Shown: positions 1-7,575 of the stretch, one piece after another
Layout: every line of letters begins with the position of its first letter
Position numbering within the stretch: position 1 is the first letter of the stretch
From: Erysipelotrichaceae bacterium
GTDB taxonomy: Bacteria; Bacillota_I; Bacilli_A; Erysipelotrichales; Erysipelotrichaceae
Assembly: GCA_030604855.1 (NCBI GenBank)
Contig: JAUVVC010000004.1
Location: 1 to 32,000, forward strand
Direction: 5' to 3'
DNA length: 32,000 nt
Program-made: the position numbers and the translations under genes
Notes under the pieces: model-generated
Told to the model about the DNA's origin: nothing
The model's database searches: none
What the model saw: the letters and a program-made list of their open reading frames with translations, nothing else

Positions 1-118
1 AAACCATAGCGCTTATATACATCGCCTTCATCTTTCAATCTCATTTACTTTTTGAGTGCGTTCACATCAGCGCTTCTTTTAATTTGTTTTCTGAGATTTA
101 GAGAACTTTCCTATAAGA

Positions 119-141
119 TGAAAAAATGAGCAAACGCTCAT
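119..141 (-). terminator. Rho-independent terminator after the MazG-like gene
   Basis: On the minus strand there is an ATGAGC-GTTT-GCTCAT hairpin (126-141) followed by a T-run (the A-run 121-126 on +). The stem overlaps the TGA stop at 138-140. Confidence 0.6.
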
Positions 142-455
142 TTAACTTCTTTTAGGTAATATTTCTTCTCAAACTTACCCCTTTTAATCGCTTTCAAAGC
201 CTGAATTGTCGAGACCTCCATGGGACTGATCTCATAGACCTGCATCAAGGCATCCATCACTTCTCGCACATCCGCAAGCTCAGAAAGTACTTCTTCTCGA
301 TTCTGACTCAAACTGACCTCTGTGGCTTCTTCAATGAGCTTAGCTTTTAGTTCAATCAGATACTGCTCATCATCTAAGATAACAATCTCTGCCTCTTTAC
401 CTTCTTTACCTATGATCTCAGGAATGCGATCCCGCACCAGTTTATTGTGTTCCAT
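138..455 (-). CDS. MazG-like / phosphoribosyl-ATP-pyrophosphohydrolase-like NTP pyrophosphohydrolase (105 aa)
   Basis: Taken from ORF 138..470. The N-terminal 'NKLVRDRIPEII' and acidic helices (EEATEV, ELADVREVMDAL) fit the pattern of small all-alpha MazG-type NTP pyrophosphatases. The codon at 470 is TTG and abuts the upstream stop. The first ATG is at 455 (MEHNKLVRD) and is used here. Confidence 0.7.
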   Translation of the reverse strand: MEHNKLVRDRIPEIIGKEGKEAEIVILDDEQYLIELKAKLIEEATEVSLSQNREEVLSELADVREVMDALMQVYEISPMEVSTIQALKAIKRGKFEKKYYLKEVK

Positions 456-470
456 ACATCCATTATACAA

Positions 471-719
471 TCAATATTTTAAATTCAATAGATACGCATT
501 GTACCCAATTGGTACTTCTCCATCTTGTAAGAAACTGATTCCATACATCTGTGTAAACCCTTCACTAATCACGAATCGATACACATTGCATTGCGGGTAT
601 TTCGATACGACTTTTTCATAGAAATTCGGACTAACGATGAAAGTATTGATATAACGGTATGCATACTTCGCATTATGATCAAAATACAATAAAGCTTCTT
701 CGAAATTATTTGTTTCCAT
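471..719 (-). CDS. Hypothetical protein, 82 aa, no family recognised
   Basis: Intact ORF with an AAGAGGTG RBS about 5 nt upstream of the ATG at 719. Its TGA stop at 471-473 abuts the MazG-like gene, so the two are probably co-transcribed. Confidence 0.6.
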   Translation of the reverse strand: METNNFEEALLYFDHNAKYAYRYINTFIVSPNFYEKVVSKYPQCNVYRFVISEGFTQMYGISFLQDGEVPIGYNAYLLNLKY

Positions 720-745
720 GTGGACACCTCTTTTAATGTGCCCTT

Positions 746-774
746 ACTATACAATTCGTCTGTATACGCAACAA
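746..774 (-). promoter_or_regulatory. Putative sigma-A promoter for the 82-aa/MazG-like pair
   Basis: The minus strand reads TTGTTG-N17-TATAGT (-35 at 769-774, -10 at 746-751), about 27 nt upstream of the ATG at 719. Confidence 0.4.
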
Positions 775-859
775 TTCAACTGTCCATGTTTACACCCTAA
801 TTTTACTCACGAACTGCGTAAATATATGGACAGCTATAGATAGCACACAAGGATAACTT

Positions 860-919
860 GTTACCCCCTAAGTTACCCCTTAAGCTAACATGCAAGTTAC
901 CATGCAAGTCATTTAAAAG
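860..919. repeat. Degenerate 12-bp periodic repeat array (5 units)
   Basis: Consecutive 12-mers read GTTACCCCCTAA / GTTACCCCTTAA / GCTAACATGCAA / GTTACCATGCAA / GTCATTTAAAAG. GTTACC recurs at 860, 872 and 896. Units 1-2 differ by 1 nt, and units 3-4 share CATGCAAGT. Confidence 0.7.
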
Positions 920-1067
920 GAACGACGGCATTCACTGTTCCACACACTATTTAGATGTATAATGTTGTCATCTAGATATTGAATACCAAAAATCATGTAG
1001 CATATGTGTGAATACTTGTGAGTGACGAAATCACTGAGTTCTCTAACAACCATCATAGGCTTATAAA

Positions 1068-1733
1068 CTATTTCCCCTTTAACAAAGGTGAACCACAGGC
1101 CTGACAGTAATGATCACGTGCATCACAGAGATACGCGCACGACGGACAGAATAGAATCTCATCCTTACGTTTGTCGTATTTCTCCAAAGTTCTTAAATGA
1201 GGTTTATTGTGTTGCTTAACCACATCCCCAATTGCATAGTAATCGTAATGAACACGATCATCGAAAATCAGGCTATGCTTCAAGCCTCTATCGGTTTGAA
1301 AAATGATATGGGAACGTAAAGTCTTCCCATCTTCCAAATGTTTATCGATGACCTTCGCAGTCCATTCTTTCCCTTTACGCTTTGTGCTGAACATCGCATA
1401 CAAGGCAATCATGACAAACATTCCACTTAGGACAAGAATGACGATCATTCCTTCTCCATCCAGGCTCAAATCACCACTGATTACGAGAAAAGCGATGATG
1501 GCCAAGACAAGGACGATTGTAAATAAACCGATGTATTTTCGCTTATTGCTTTGGTAACCCGCAAACCGCGGATCATTCACCGCATCCGACCAACCCACAC
1601 CGCCTGCCCCAAGGGCAGAGATGCCGTGGTAGGCATCCTCACTGTGCACATCAAAGCCACAGTTTCGACAGGCTTTCTTACCCGAAAGTCGCGTACCACA
1701 CTGTGGACAAAAGAATGTTTTCTGAATCGTCAT
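1068..1733 (-). CDS. Membrane protein with N- and C-terminal zinc ribbons (221 aa)
   Basis: The start is set at ATG 1733 (MTIQKTFFCPQCG), preceded by GAGGAG 6 nt upstream. It has an N-terminal CPQC..CRNC ribbon, two hydrophobic helices (IGLFTIVLVLAIIAFLVI, MIVILVLSGMFVMIALYAMF) and a C-terminal CPSC..CQAC ribbon. The 163-codon upstream extension in the ORF track is antisense to the neighbouring gene. Confidence 0.7.
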   Translation of the reverse strand: MTIQKTFFCPQCGTRLSGKKACRNCGFDVHSEDAYHGISALGAGGVGWSDAVNDPRFAGYQSNKRKYIGLFTIVLVLAIIAFLVISGDLSLDGEGMIVILVLSGMFVMIALYAMFSTKRKGKEWTAKVIDKHLEDGKTLRSHIIFQTDRGLKHSLIFDDRVHYDYYAIGDVVKQHNKPHLRTLEKYDKRKDEILFCPSCAYLCDARDHYCQACGSPLLKGK

Positions 1734-1860
1734 ACGAATCTCCTCGTGCTTATGCCTTATTGTTTTCATTTTAGCACCAAACGCTTGGATTCTCGCACAC
1801 CATAAGCGAAATCGAAACCTAAACAATACAAACATGAATCCCATGTCAAGGAGGCCTAAA

Positions 1861-2646
1861 ATGTTTTGTGAAAATTGCGGAAAGAAACGAATTGCAGATG
1901 AAGCGTTCTGTGAAAACTGTGGGCATCCCTTTCCAATGATTGAAAAGAGAGATTCATCTATTTCCGAGGAAATAAATGAACCAAAGATCAAACAGGTTGA
2001 AGCGGTAGTCAAACAGGAAATTCCTACGCTTGAGAAACGTGGAGACATCACCATCAATGGAACAGAAATGCAATGGATGTATGAATTCTCCTTTTGGAGA
2101 AATCCTGCCATCCTGATCACAAGCGCCAAAGTCATGCTCATCGCCTTGTTTGTGCCTATGGTCTTCATGTTTTTCATCAGCTTGAGCGATGGATTCATGG
2201 ATGCGATCAGATTATCCGCCACAATCTTTGCCTATGGCGTGATTGGTATGGCCGTTCTACTCATCATTGCTTATGTTTTTGTTGGATTCTTATATGGCGG
2301 CAAGTACTATGTTTTATTTAAGATGGACGATAAAGGTGTGAATCACATCCAATTGGACAAGCAATACAAGAAAGCACAAGCACTGGGTTACTTAAGCGCT
2401 TTAATCGGATTATCCAGTGGAAACTTAACCACAGCTGGTTCAGGTTTGATGGCCGCAACCAAGCAAAGCCTTTATACAAGCTTCAAGAAGGTTAAGTCCA
2501 TCAAAGTTGCTAAAGCACGCAATACCATTTATGTGAATGAAACTTTATCCCGTAATCAAGTTTATGTGTCCAATGAGGACTTTGATTTCGTACTTGAGCA
2601 TATCCTGAACAACTGTCCCAAGAACGTTAGAGTCACGAATAAATAA
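1861..2646 (+). CDS. Zinc-ribbon membrane protein (261 aa), function unknown
   Basis: The start is set at ATG 1861 (MFCENCGKK), with AGGAGG 6 nt upstream. It has a CENC..CENC ribbon followed by two or three hydrophobic helices. It is divergent from the 1068..1733 gene. Confidence 0.7.
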   Translation: MFCENCGKKRIADEAFCENCGHPFPMIEKRDSSISEEINEPKIKQVEAVVKQEIPTLEKRGDITINGTEMQWMYEFSFWRNPAILITSAKVMLIALFVPMVFMFFISLSDGFMDAIRLSATIFAYGVIGMAVLLIIAYVFVGFLYGGKYYVLFKMDDKGVNHIQLDKQYKKAQALGYLSALIGLSSGNLTTAGSGLMAATKQSLYTSFKKVKSIKVAKARNTIYVNETLSRNQVYVSNEDFDFVLEHILNNCPKNVRVTNK

Positions 2647-2648
2647 TC

Positions 2649-2963
2649 ATGAAGTCTTCATTACGATTTAAAATGAAGGGGTTGATTCGTCTCCTTGTGT
2701 TGATTCTGCTTGTAGGATGCACTCCCAACAATGACAAACCACCCAAGATCGATACACCCTTGCCGCCTGCACATGATGGCCTCTACTCAAGCAAGGATGC
2801 GCAGTTCACTTTTAACGGAGATGGGAAGACCGTTATCGTCTCTTTCTCAGAAACTTACCTGAATGTGCTTGAAAAAGCACCGAATGATGCGGAATATCAC
2901 TATACTTTCACCTGGTATGATTTCGGTGAATTCGTTATGATGGGGCCACACAACTCATTCTAG
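2649..2963 (+). CDS. Lipoprotein, probably truncated by a frameshift (see findings)
   Basis: Signal peptide with lipobox LLVGC (MKSSLRFKMKGLIRLLVLILLVGC). The ORF stops at 2961-2963, but the reading frame offset by one base stays open from 2930 to 3088. Confidence 0.6.
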   Translation: MKSSLRFKMKGLIRLLVLILLVGCTPNNDKPPKIDTPLPPAHDGLYSSKDAQFTFNGDGKTVIVSFSETYLNVLEKAPNDAEYHYTFTWYDFGEFVMMGPHNSF

Positions 2964-3090
2964 TTCATGAAGAAAGTGATACGAAGCTGACTTTCAACTT
3001 ACAAGAAGCTTCGAGCTTCGAAGAGATCATCCTCGCCTTCCCGATTCCAGATAAAGAAGTACAAACGCTACAGCGCATAAACGATTAAAA

Positions 3091-3127
3091 AAATAGTTTG
3101 ATGATCATATTTCATCAAACTATTTTT
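3091..3127. terminator. Bidirectional intrinsic terminator between the lipoprotein gene and udp
   Basis: Perfect 14-bp stem AAATAGTTTGATGA (3091-3104) / TCATCAAACTATTT (3112-3125) with a 7-nt loop. It is flanked by an A-run upstream and a T-run downstream. Confidence 0.85.
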
Positions 3128-3128
3128 A

Positions 3129-3908
3129 CTATTTCACTTTATCCTGAGCAATCAACTTGCGAAGTGATAGAATCGCAACCTTGATCGCAGCTTCCGTATC
3201 GTGGACTTGAATATCTTCCAATCCTAATGCACGTCGCGTTTGATTCGCCACAACCAATAGAACCGCCCCAACACGTACACGACGTGTGGAACCTACAATG
3301 AAGAGCGTGGCCGATTCCATTTCAGAAGTCAGTGCTCCGGTACGGATCCAAGCTTCCCACTTGTTTTGAAGTTCACTTGCGATCGGCATCGATTCCGGTG
3401 AATGTTGGCCATAGAAGGAATCCTTACACTGAACCACACCCACATGATATGGGTGTTTCAATTCCCGTGCACTTTCCTTCAAAGCCATGACCACATCAAA
3501 ATCCGCAACCGCAGGATACTCAATCGGTGCATATTCCTTACTGGTCCCATCCAAACGAATGGCACCCGTCGCAATCACCACATCGCCCCCTAAGACTTCT
3601 TTCTGCATCCCGCCGGATGTCCCGACACGAACGAAGGTATGCGCACCACAATGAACCAATTCCTCCAAGGCGATCGCGGCGGAAGGTCCACCGATGCCCG
3701 TTGAAGTCACACTGACCTTCACACCATCCAAGGTTCCGGTATACGTGACGTATTCACGATTACTGGCAACTAAAACAGGATTGTCAAAGTATTGAGCGAT
3801 TTTTTCACACCGACCTGGATCCCCTGGCAGGATGACGTACTCACCGACATCTCCTTTTGATAAGTTCACATGATATTCTTTTTCTGAATAAACCGTTGAC
3901 ATGTTCAT
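3129..3908 (-). CDS. udp: Uridine phosphorylase
   Basis: The 259-aa product shows [46 protein letters not shown] and SEMESATL. These are near-colinear with E. coli Udp as I remember it (GIGGPS rather than the DeoD GMGIPS). A TAGGAGG RBS and a TGgTATAAT extended -10 lie at 3933-3941 on the minus strand. Confidence 0.85.
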   Translation of the reverse strand: MNMSTVYSEKEYHVNLSKGDVGEYVILPGDPGRCEKIAQYFDNPVLVASNREYVTYTGTLDGVKVSVTSTGIGGPSAAIALEELVHCGAHTFVRVGTSGGMQKEVLGGDVVIATGAIRLDGTSKEYAPIEYPAVADFDVVMALKESARELKHPYHVGVVQCKDSFYGQHSPESMPIASELQNKWEAWIRTGALTSEMESATLFIVGSTRRVRVGAVLLVVANQTRRALGLEDIQVHDTEAAIKVAILSLRKLIAQDKVK

Positions 3909-3991
3909 CCTCCTAAGTCAAACTGTACAAATATTATACCACTTGTTTAAAAAGATACGGTACAAAGCGTTTCAAGCCGTATAATAGAACC

Positions 3992-4516
3992 ATGAGCAAA
4001 ACATGCCCCTCCTGCGAAAGTGAAGTTGAATCCAACGCCAAAAGCTGTATCCATTGCGGACAAAGCTTCATCACGACCCGTGCTGAAGACATTCGCCTTT
4101 TTGGTAGTTTCAGGGACGCCCTCAATCGTTTCACCGATTTCAACAGCCGAACCTCACGCTTAGTGTACTGGCGTTTCTTCTTTGCCAATCTCATCATCGT
4201 CTTTGGCTTTTTGGCCATTGGGATTGTGGTGGCGATGTTAGGGTTCCTTTTTGAGATTCCGATCCTTGCGGCAAGCGTATCGATGCTTTGGGTCATGTTC
4301 AGCATCGCCTATTCGATCGTCATATCGCTGCCTTTATTGGCGATTTCAATTCGACGCCTACATGATCAAGATCGACCAGCCTGGTATCTCTTGGTCAATC
4401 TGATTCCATGGATGGGACCCTTTATCTTTTTATTGTTGATGATGATTCCGGGAACCGATTATGACAATCGCTACGGTCCCGTACCCCATAATGAGGAACA
4501 TTTATGGAATACATAA
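3992..4516 (+). CDS. Zinc-ribbon + DUF805-like inner membrane protein
   Basis: N-terminal CPSC..CIHC ribbon, then hydrophobic helices and the 'ISIRRLHDQDRPAWYLL' motif typical of DUF805 (YhaH/YhaI-like). The C-terminal 'NRYGP' also fits. Confidence 0.7.
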   Translation: MSKTCPSCESEVESNAKSCIHCGQSFITTRAEDIRLFGSFRDALNRFTDFNSRTSRLVYWRFFFANLIIVFGFLAIGIVVAMLGFLFEIPILAASVSMLWVMFSIAYSIVISLPLLAISIRRLHDQDRPAWYLLVNLIPWMGPFIFLLLMMIPGTDYDNRYGPVPHNEEHLWNT

Positions 4517-5787
4517 CTCCGATACTCTTAGTCATACTCATCTTCTTGGTTCTGATCCTGATTTTCAAGAAACCCAATCACACAGGTTTGAAAGCTAGTC
4601 TTCGTGAATTACAGAGTGATCTCAAGGATGACAATCAACGCACCCTGACAACCTTCTCCAATGTCTTGAGCACATCCAATCGAGATACAAACAATGTCCT
4701 GGATCGACGTCTCAGTGACTTGATGGAATTGTTGCGGACAAGCCAAAACAACCTACAGACCAGTGTTGCGCAAAACCTGACTCAAATCAATCAAATCTTA
4801 GCCAATACCGGTTTACAGAATGAACAAAAGTTGAATCAAGTCCGTGAGACCATTGAGAAACGCCTTACTTCCTTACAAGAAGAAAACACTAGGAAATTAG
4901 ATGAAATGCGCATGACGGTCGATGAGAAACTTCAGAAGACCCTAGAAGACCGCATCTCTCAATCCTTCAAACAAGTCTCGGAGCAACTCGAAGCGGTATA
5001 CAAAGGCTTGGGGGAAATGAATAAGATCGGTATGGAAGTCGGTGATCTTAAAAAGGTCCTCTCCAATGTGAAGACGCGCGGCATGTTGGGTGAGATTCAA
5101 TTGGGTTCCATCCTAGAACAAATCCTCGCCCCGGAGCAATTCCTTGAGAATGTCGCGACAATCCCAGGTTCTAAAGAACGTGTGGAATTTGCGGTCAAAC
5201 TTCCCGGAGACGACAGTGGTCCTGTCCTTCTTCCCATCGATTCCAAGTTTCCAACAGAAGATTATGTCCGTCTATTGGACGCATCCATCTTGGGTGATAA
5301 ATCTGCGGTCGATATCGCATGGAAGAGCTTAGAAAGCAAAATCAAGAGTTTCGCTAAAGATATCCATGATAAATATGTTCAAATCCCCTATACCACAGAA
5401 TTCGCCATCCTCTTCTTACCCACTGAGGGCTTGTACGCTGAAGTGGTACAACGAGGCATGATTGAAGTCCTACAACGGGATTACCAAGTGAACATCGCGG
5501 GTCCTACCACAATGGCCGCCTTACTCAACAGTCTTCAAATGGGCTTCAAGACTTTAGCGATTCAGAAACGCTCCGGTGAAGTCTGGAGTATTCTCTCTTC
5601 GGTTAAAGCAGAGTTTGAAACCTTTGCCAATGTCTTGCAAAGTGCTCAAGACCGCATACATAAAACCGGTGAAGACTTGGATAAATTAGTAGGTGTACGA
5701 ACACGTAAGATTCAACTTAGACTGAGAAATGTATCGACACTGGAACGTGTCGAACCCGACCTTTTGGAGGATATATCGGATGAATAG
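4504..5787 (+). CDS. rmuC: DNA recombination protein RmuC
   Basis: The 427-aa product has an N-terminal TM helix, a long Q/E/L-rich coiled coil and a C-terminal RmuC-type region (GMLGEIQL, EFAVKLP, IDSKFP, EFAILFLPTEGLY). A GAGGAA RBS is present. The gene overlaps the upstream gene by 13 nt. Confidence 0.85.
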   Translation: MEYITPILLVILIFLVLILIFKKPNHTGLKASLRELQSDLKDDNQRTLTTFSNVLSTSNRDTNNVLDRRLSDLMELLRTSQNNLQTSVAQNLTQINQILANTGLQNEQKLNQVRETIEKRLTSLQEENTRKLDEMRMTVDEKLQKTLEDRISQSFKQVSEQLEAVYKGLGEMNKIGMEVGDLKKVLSNVKTRGMLGEIQLGSILEQILAPEQFLENVATIPGSKERVEFAVKLPGDDSGPVLLPIDSKFPTEDYVRLLDASILGDKSAVDIAWKSLESKIKSFAKDIHDKYVQIPYTTEFAILFLPTEGLYAEVVQRGMIEVLQRDYQVNIAGPTTMAALLNSLQMGFKTLAIQKRSGEVWSILSSVKAEFETFANVLQSAQDRIHKTGEDLDKLVGVRTRKIQLRLRNVSTLERVEPDLLEDISDE

Positions 5788-6082
5788 ATCTTATTTTGAT
5801 GGTAAATTATTAGGATGGTTGGGCACAGCCCTCATCGCTTGGCTGATCACCGTCATCTCCTTTGGGATTCTATATCCCTGGGCAATCGTAATGATGCTTC
5901 AATGGAAAGCGCGTCATACCGTGATCGATGGTCAACGCATGGTCTTTGAAGGAACGGCCATGGGCCTTTTCGGACAGTGGATCAAATGGTTGATTCTGAT
6001 GTTCATCACCTTGGGCATCTATGGTTTATGGGTTCATATCGCAATGGAAGAATGGAAGACCAAGCATACCCATTTCGCATGA
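5780..6082 (+). CDS. Small two-TM membrane protein, DUF898/YjgN-like repeat unit (100 aa)
   Basis: The start is set at ATG 5780, with GGAGGA 7 nt upstream, and overlaps the rmuC stop by 8 nt. The motifs 'FGILYPWA' and 'ITLGIYGLW' resemble the DUF898 signature. Confidence 0.55.
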   Translation: MNRSYFDGKLLGWLGTALIAWLITVISFGILYPWAIVMMLQWKARHTVIDGQRMVFEGTAMGLFGQWIKWLILMFITLGIYGLWVHIAMEEWKTKHTHFA

Positions 6083-6104
6083 CGAGACGCTGTCTCGTTT
6101 TTTT
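6082..6104 (+). terminator. Intrinsic terminator of the rmuC operon
   Basis: ACGAGAC-GCT-GTCTCGT hairpin followed by T7. Confidence 0.8.
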
Positions 6105-6117
6105 ATAAAGATAATTC

Positions 6118-6148
6118 TTGACTTGGAGTAGACTCCAAGGTGTACAGT
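6118..6148 (+). promoter_or_regulatory. MerR-type promoter (19-bp spacer) with a dyad operator
   Basis: TTGACT (6118-6123), a 19-nt spacer, then TACAGT (6143-6148). The spacer carries the dyad CTTGGAGT-AG-ACTCCAAG (6122-6139). Confidence 0.65.
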
Positions 6149-6167
6149 GTCAACTGTGGAGAAAACA

Positions 6168-6686
6168 GTGAAATCAAAAGTACTCATCGCATACTACTCA
6201 CGCAGAGGTGAAAACTACTACAAAGGTCGACTTCAAATGATTGAAGAAGGCAATACGGAGTATGTGGCTAAAGTCATTCAAGAATTCACAAATGCCGACC
6301 TCTATGAGATCGATACGATACAACGTTATCCCAGTGGTTATACCGAAACAACACGTGTCGCAAAAGTTGAGTTTCAAAAAAATGCACGACCAGAGCTTAA
6401 ACAACTTCCAGACTCCATCGATGATTACGATATCATCTACCTAGGATATCCAAACTGGTGGAATACCATGCCCATGGCTTGCTTCACATTTCTAGAAGCT
6501 TTTGACTTCACTCACAAAACCATCATCCCTTTTTGTACGCATGAAGGCAGTGGTCTTGGCAACAGTGTTCGCGACATTCGCAATGCTTGTCCAAGTGCCA
6601 AGGTCTTAGAGGGCTTTGCTTTAACGGGATCAGCCGTCCGTTCTTCGCACGATGTGATTGAGACTTGGCTAAATCAACACACATAA
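6168..6686 (+). CDS. Flavodoxin-family protein
   Basis: 'KVLIAYYSRRGENY', 'YPNWWNTMP' and 'FCTHEGSG' are flavodoxin-like motifs. GTG 6168 has a GGAG 6 nt upstream and lies downstream of the predicted transcription start. The track start at 6147 (also GTG) lies inside the -10 element. Confidence 0.75.
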   Translation: MKSKVLIAYYSRRGENYYKGRLQMIEEGNTEYVAKVIQEFTNADLYEIDTIQRYPSGYTETTRVAKVEFQKNARPELKQLPDSIDDYDIIYLGYPNWWNTMPMACFTFLEAFDFTHKTIIPFCTHEGSGLGNSVRDIRNACPSAKVLEGFALTGSAVRSSHDVIETWLNQHT

Positions 6687-6698
6687 AAGGAGGCAAAC

Positions 6699-7550
6699 AT
6701 GGAATATTTTACATTAAACAATGGCATTCAAATGCCAAAAGTAGGTTATGGTGTCTTGGCGATCACCGACGCGGCAGAATGTGAACGTTGTGTCTTAGAT
6801 GCATTAGAAGTCGGCTATCGTTTGATCGATACCGCACAGGGTTATGGCAATGAACGAGCTGTCGGCAGTGCCATTCGCAAAAGCTCGATACCACGTGAAG
6901 ACATCTTTCTTACTACAAAACTGTGGATCGCTGGGTTTGGCTATGAAAAAGCCAAAGAAGCCATCCAAGGATCATTGGATCGTTTAGGTTTAGACTATAT
7001 CGACCTCTTATTGATCCATCATCCATTCAATGATGTCTATGGCACATGGCGCGCCATGAGTGAATTCTACAAAGCGGGTAAGATCCGTGCCATCGGCATA
7101 TCCAACTTCTATGCGGATCGCTTGGTGGATTTCGTTCACTTCAACGATATCGTTCCCGCTGTCAATCAACTTGAGATGCACGTCTTCCATCAAAGGCCAA
7201 AAGAACTTGAAGTCATGAACAAACACAACATTCAAGCTCAAGCCTGGTCGCCCATTGATCGTGGTAGCGAACGATTACTTAGCAACCCTATCCTAAAAGC
7301 AATTGCCGAAAAATATGGAAAAACCATCCCCCAAGTCGCACTTCGTTATCTTGTACAAAAAGGTGTATCGGTCGTGCCGAAAACCGTCAATAAGAAACGC
7401 ATGGTTGAAAACATCTCCATCTTCGACTTTGTCTTGAGTGATGAAGAAATGAACCTTATCCTTAAACTCGATACTGGTAAAACCACATTCTTCTCACATG
7501 AAGATCCCAAAGACGTAGAACGTCTGATCAATATGATCCGTGAATATTAA
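6699..7550 (+). CDS. Aldo/keto reductase (DkgA/YtbE-like, 283 aa)
   Basis: 'GYRLIDTAQGYGNE', 'LFLTTKLW', 'LDYIDLLLIHHP', 'IRAIGISNF' and 'QLEMHVF' form the AKR catalytic scaffold. An AAGGAGG RBS is present. Confidence 0.85.
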   Translation: MEYFTLNNGIQMPKVGYGVLAITDAAECERCVLDALEVGYRLIDTAQGYGNERAVGSAIRKSSIPREDIFLTTKLWIAGFGYEKAKEAIQGSLDRLGLDYIDLLLIHHPFNDVYGTWRAMSEFYKAGKIRAIGISNFYADRLVDFVHFNDIVPAVNQLEMHVFHQRPKELEVMNKHNIQAQAWSPIDRGSERLLSNPILKAIAEKYGKTIPQVALRYLVQKGVSVVPKTVNKKRMVENISIFDFVLSDEEMNLILKLDTGKTTFFSHEDPKDVERLINMIREY

Positions 7551-7575
7551 ATTGAAGCAGACACGAAAGGAAACT

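Noticed and set aside
1-44. A possible 5' end of a minus-strand gene (ATG at 44, MRLKDEGDVYKRYG..) running off the left edge.
   Set aside because: Only 14 codons are visible, with no RBS and no recognisable motif. It cannot be supported from this window.
1734-2222. A 163-codon N-terminal extension of ORF 1068..2222 (384 aa in the track).
   Set aside because: The extension is antisense to the well-supported gene 1861..2646 and low in complexity. The internal ATG 1733 has a GAGGAG RBS and begins directly with the zinc ribbon.
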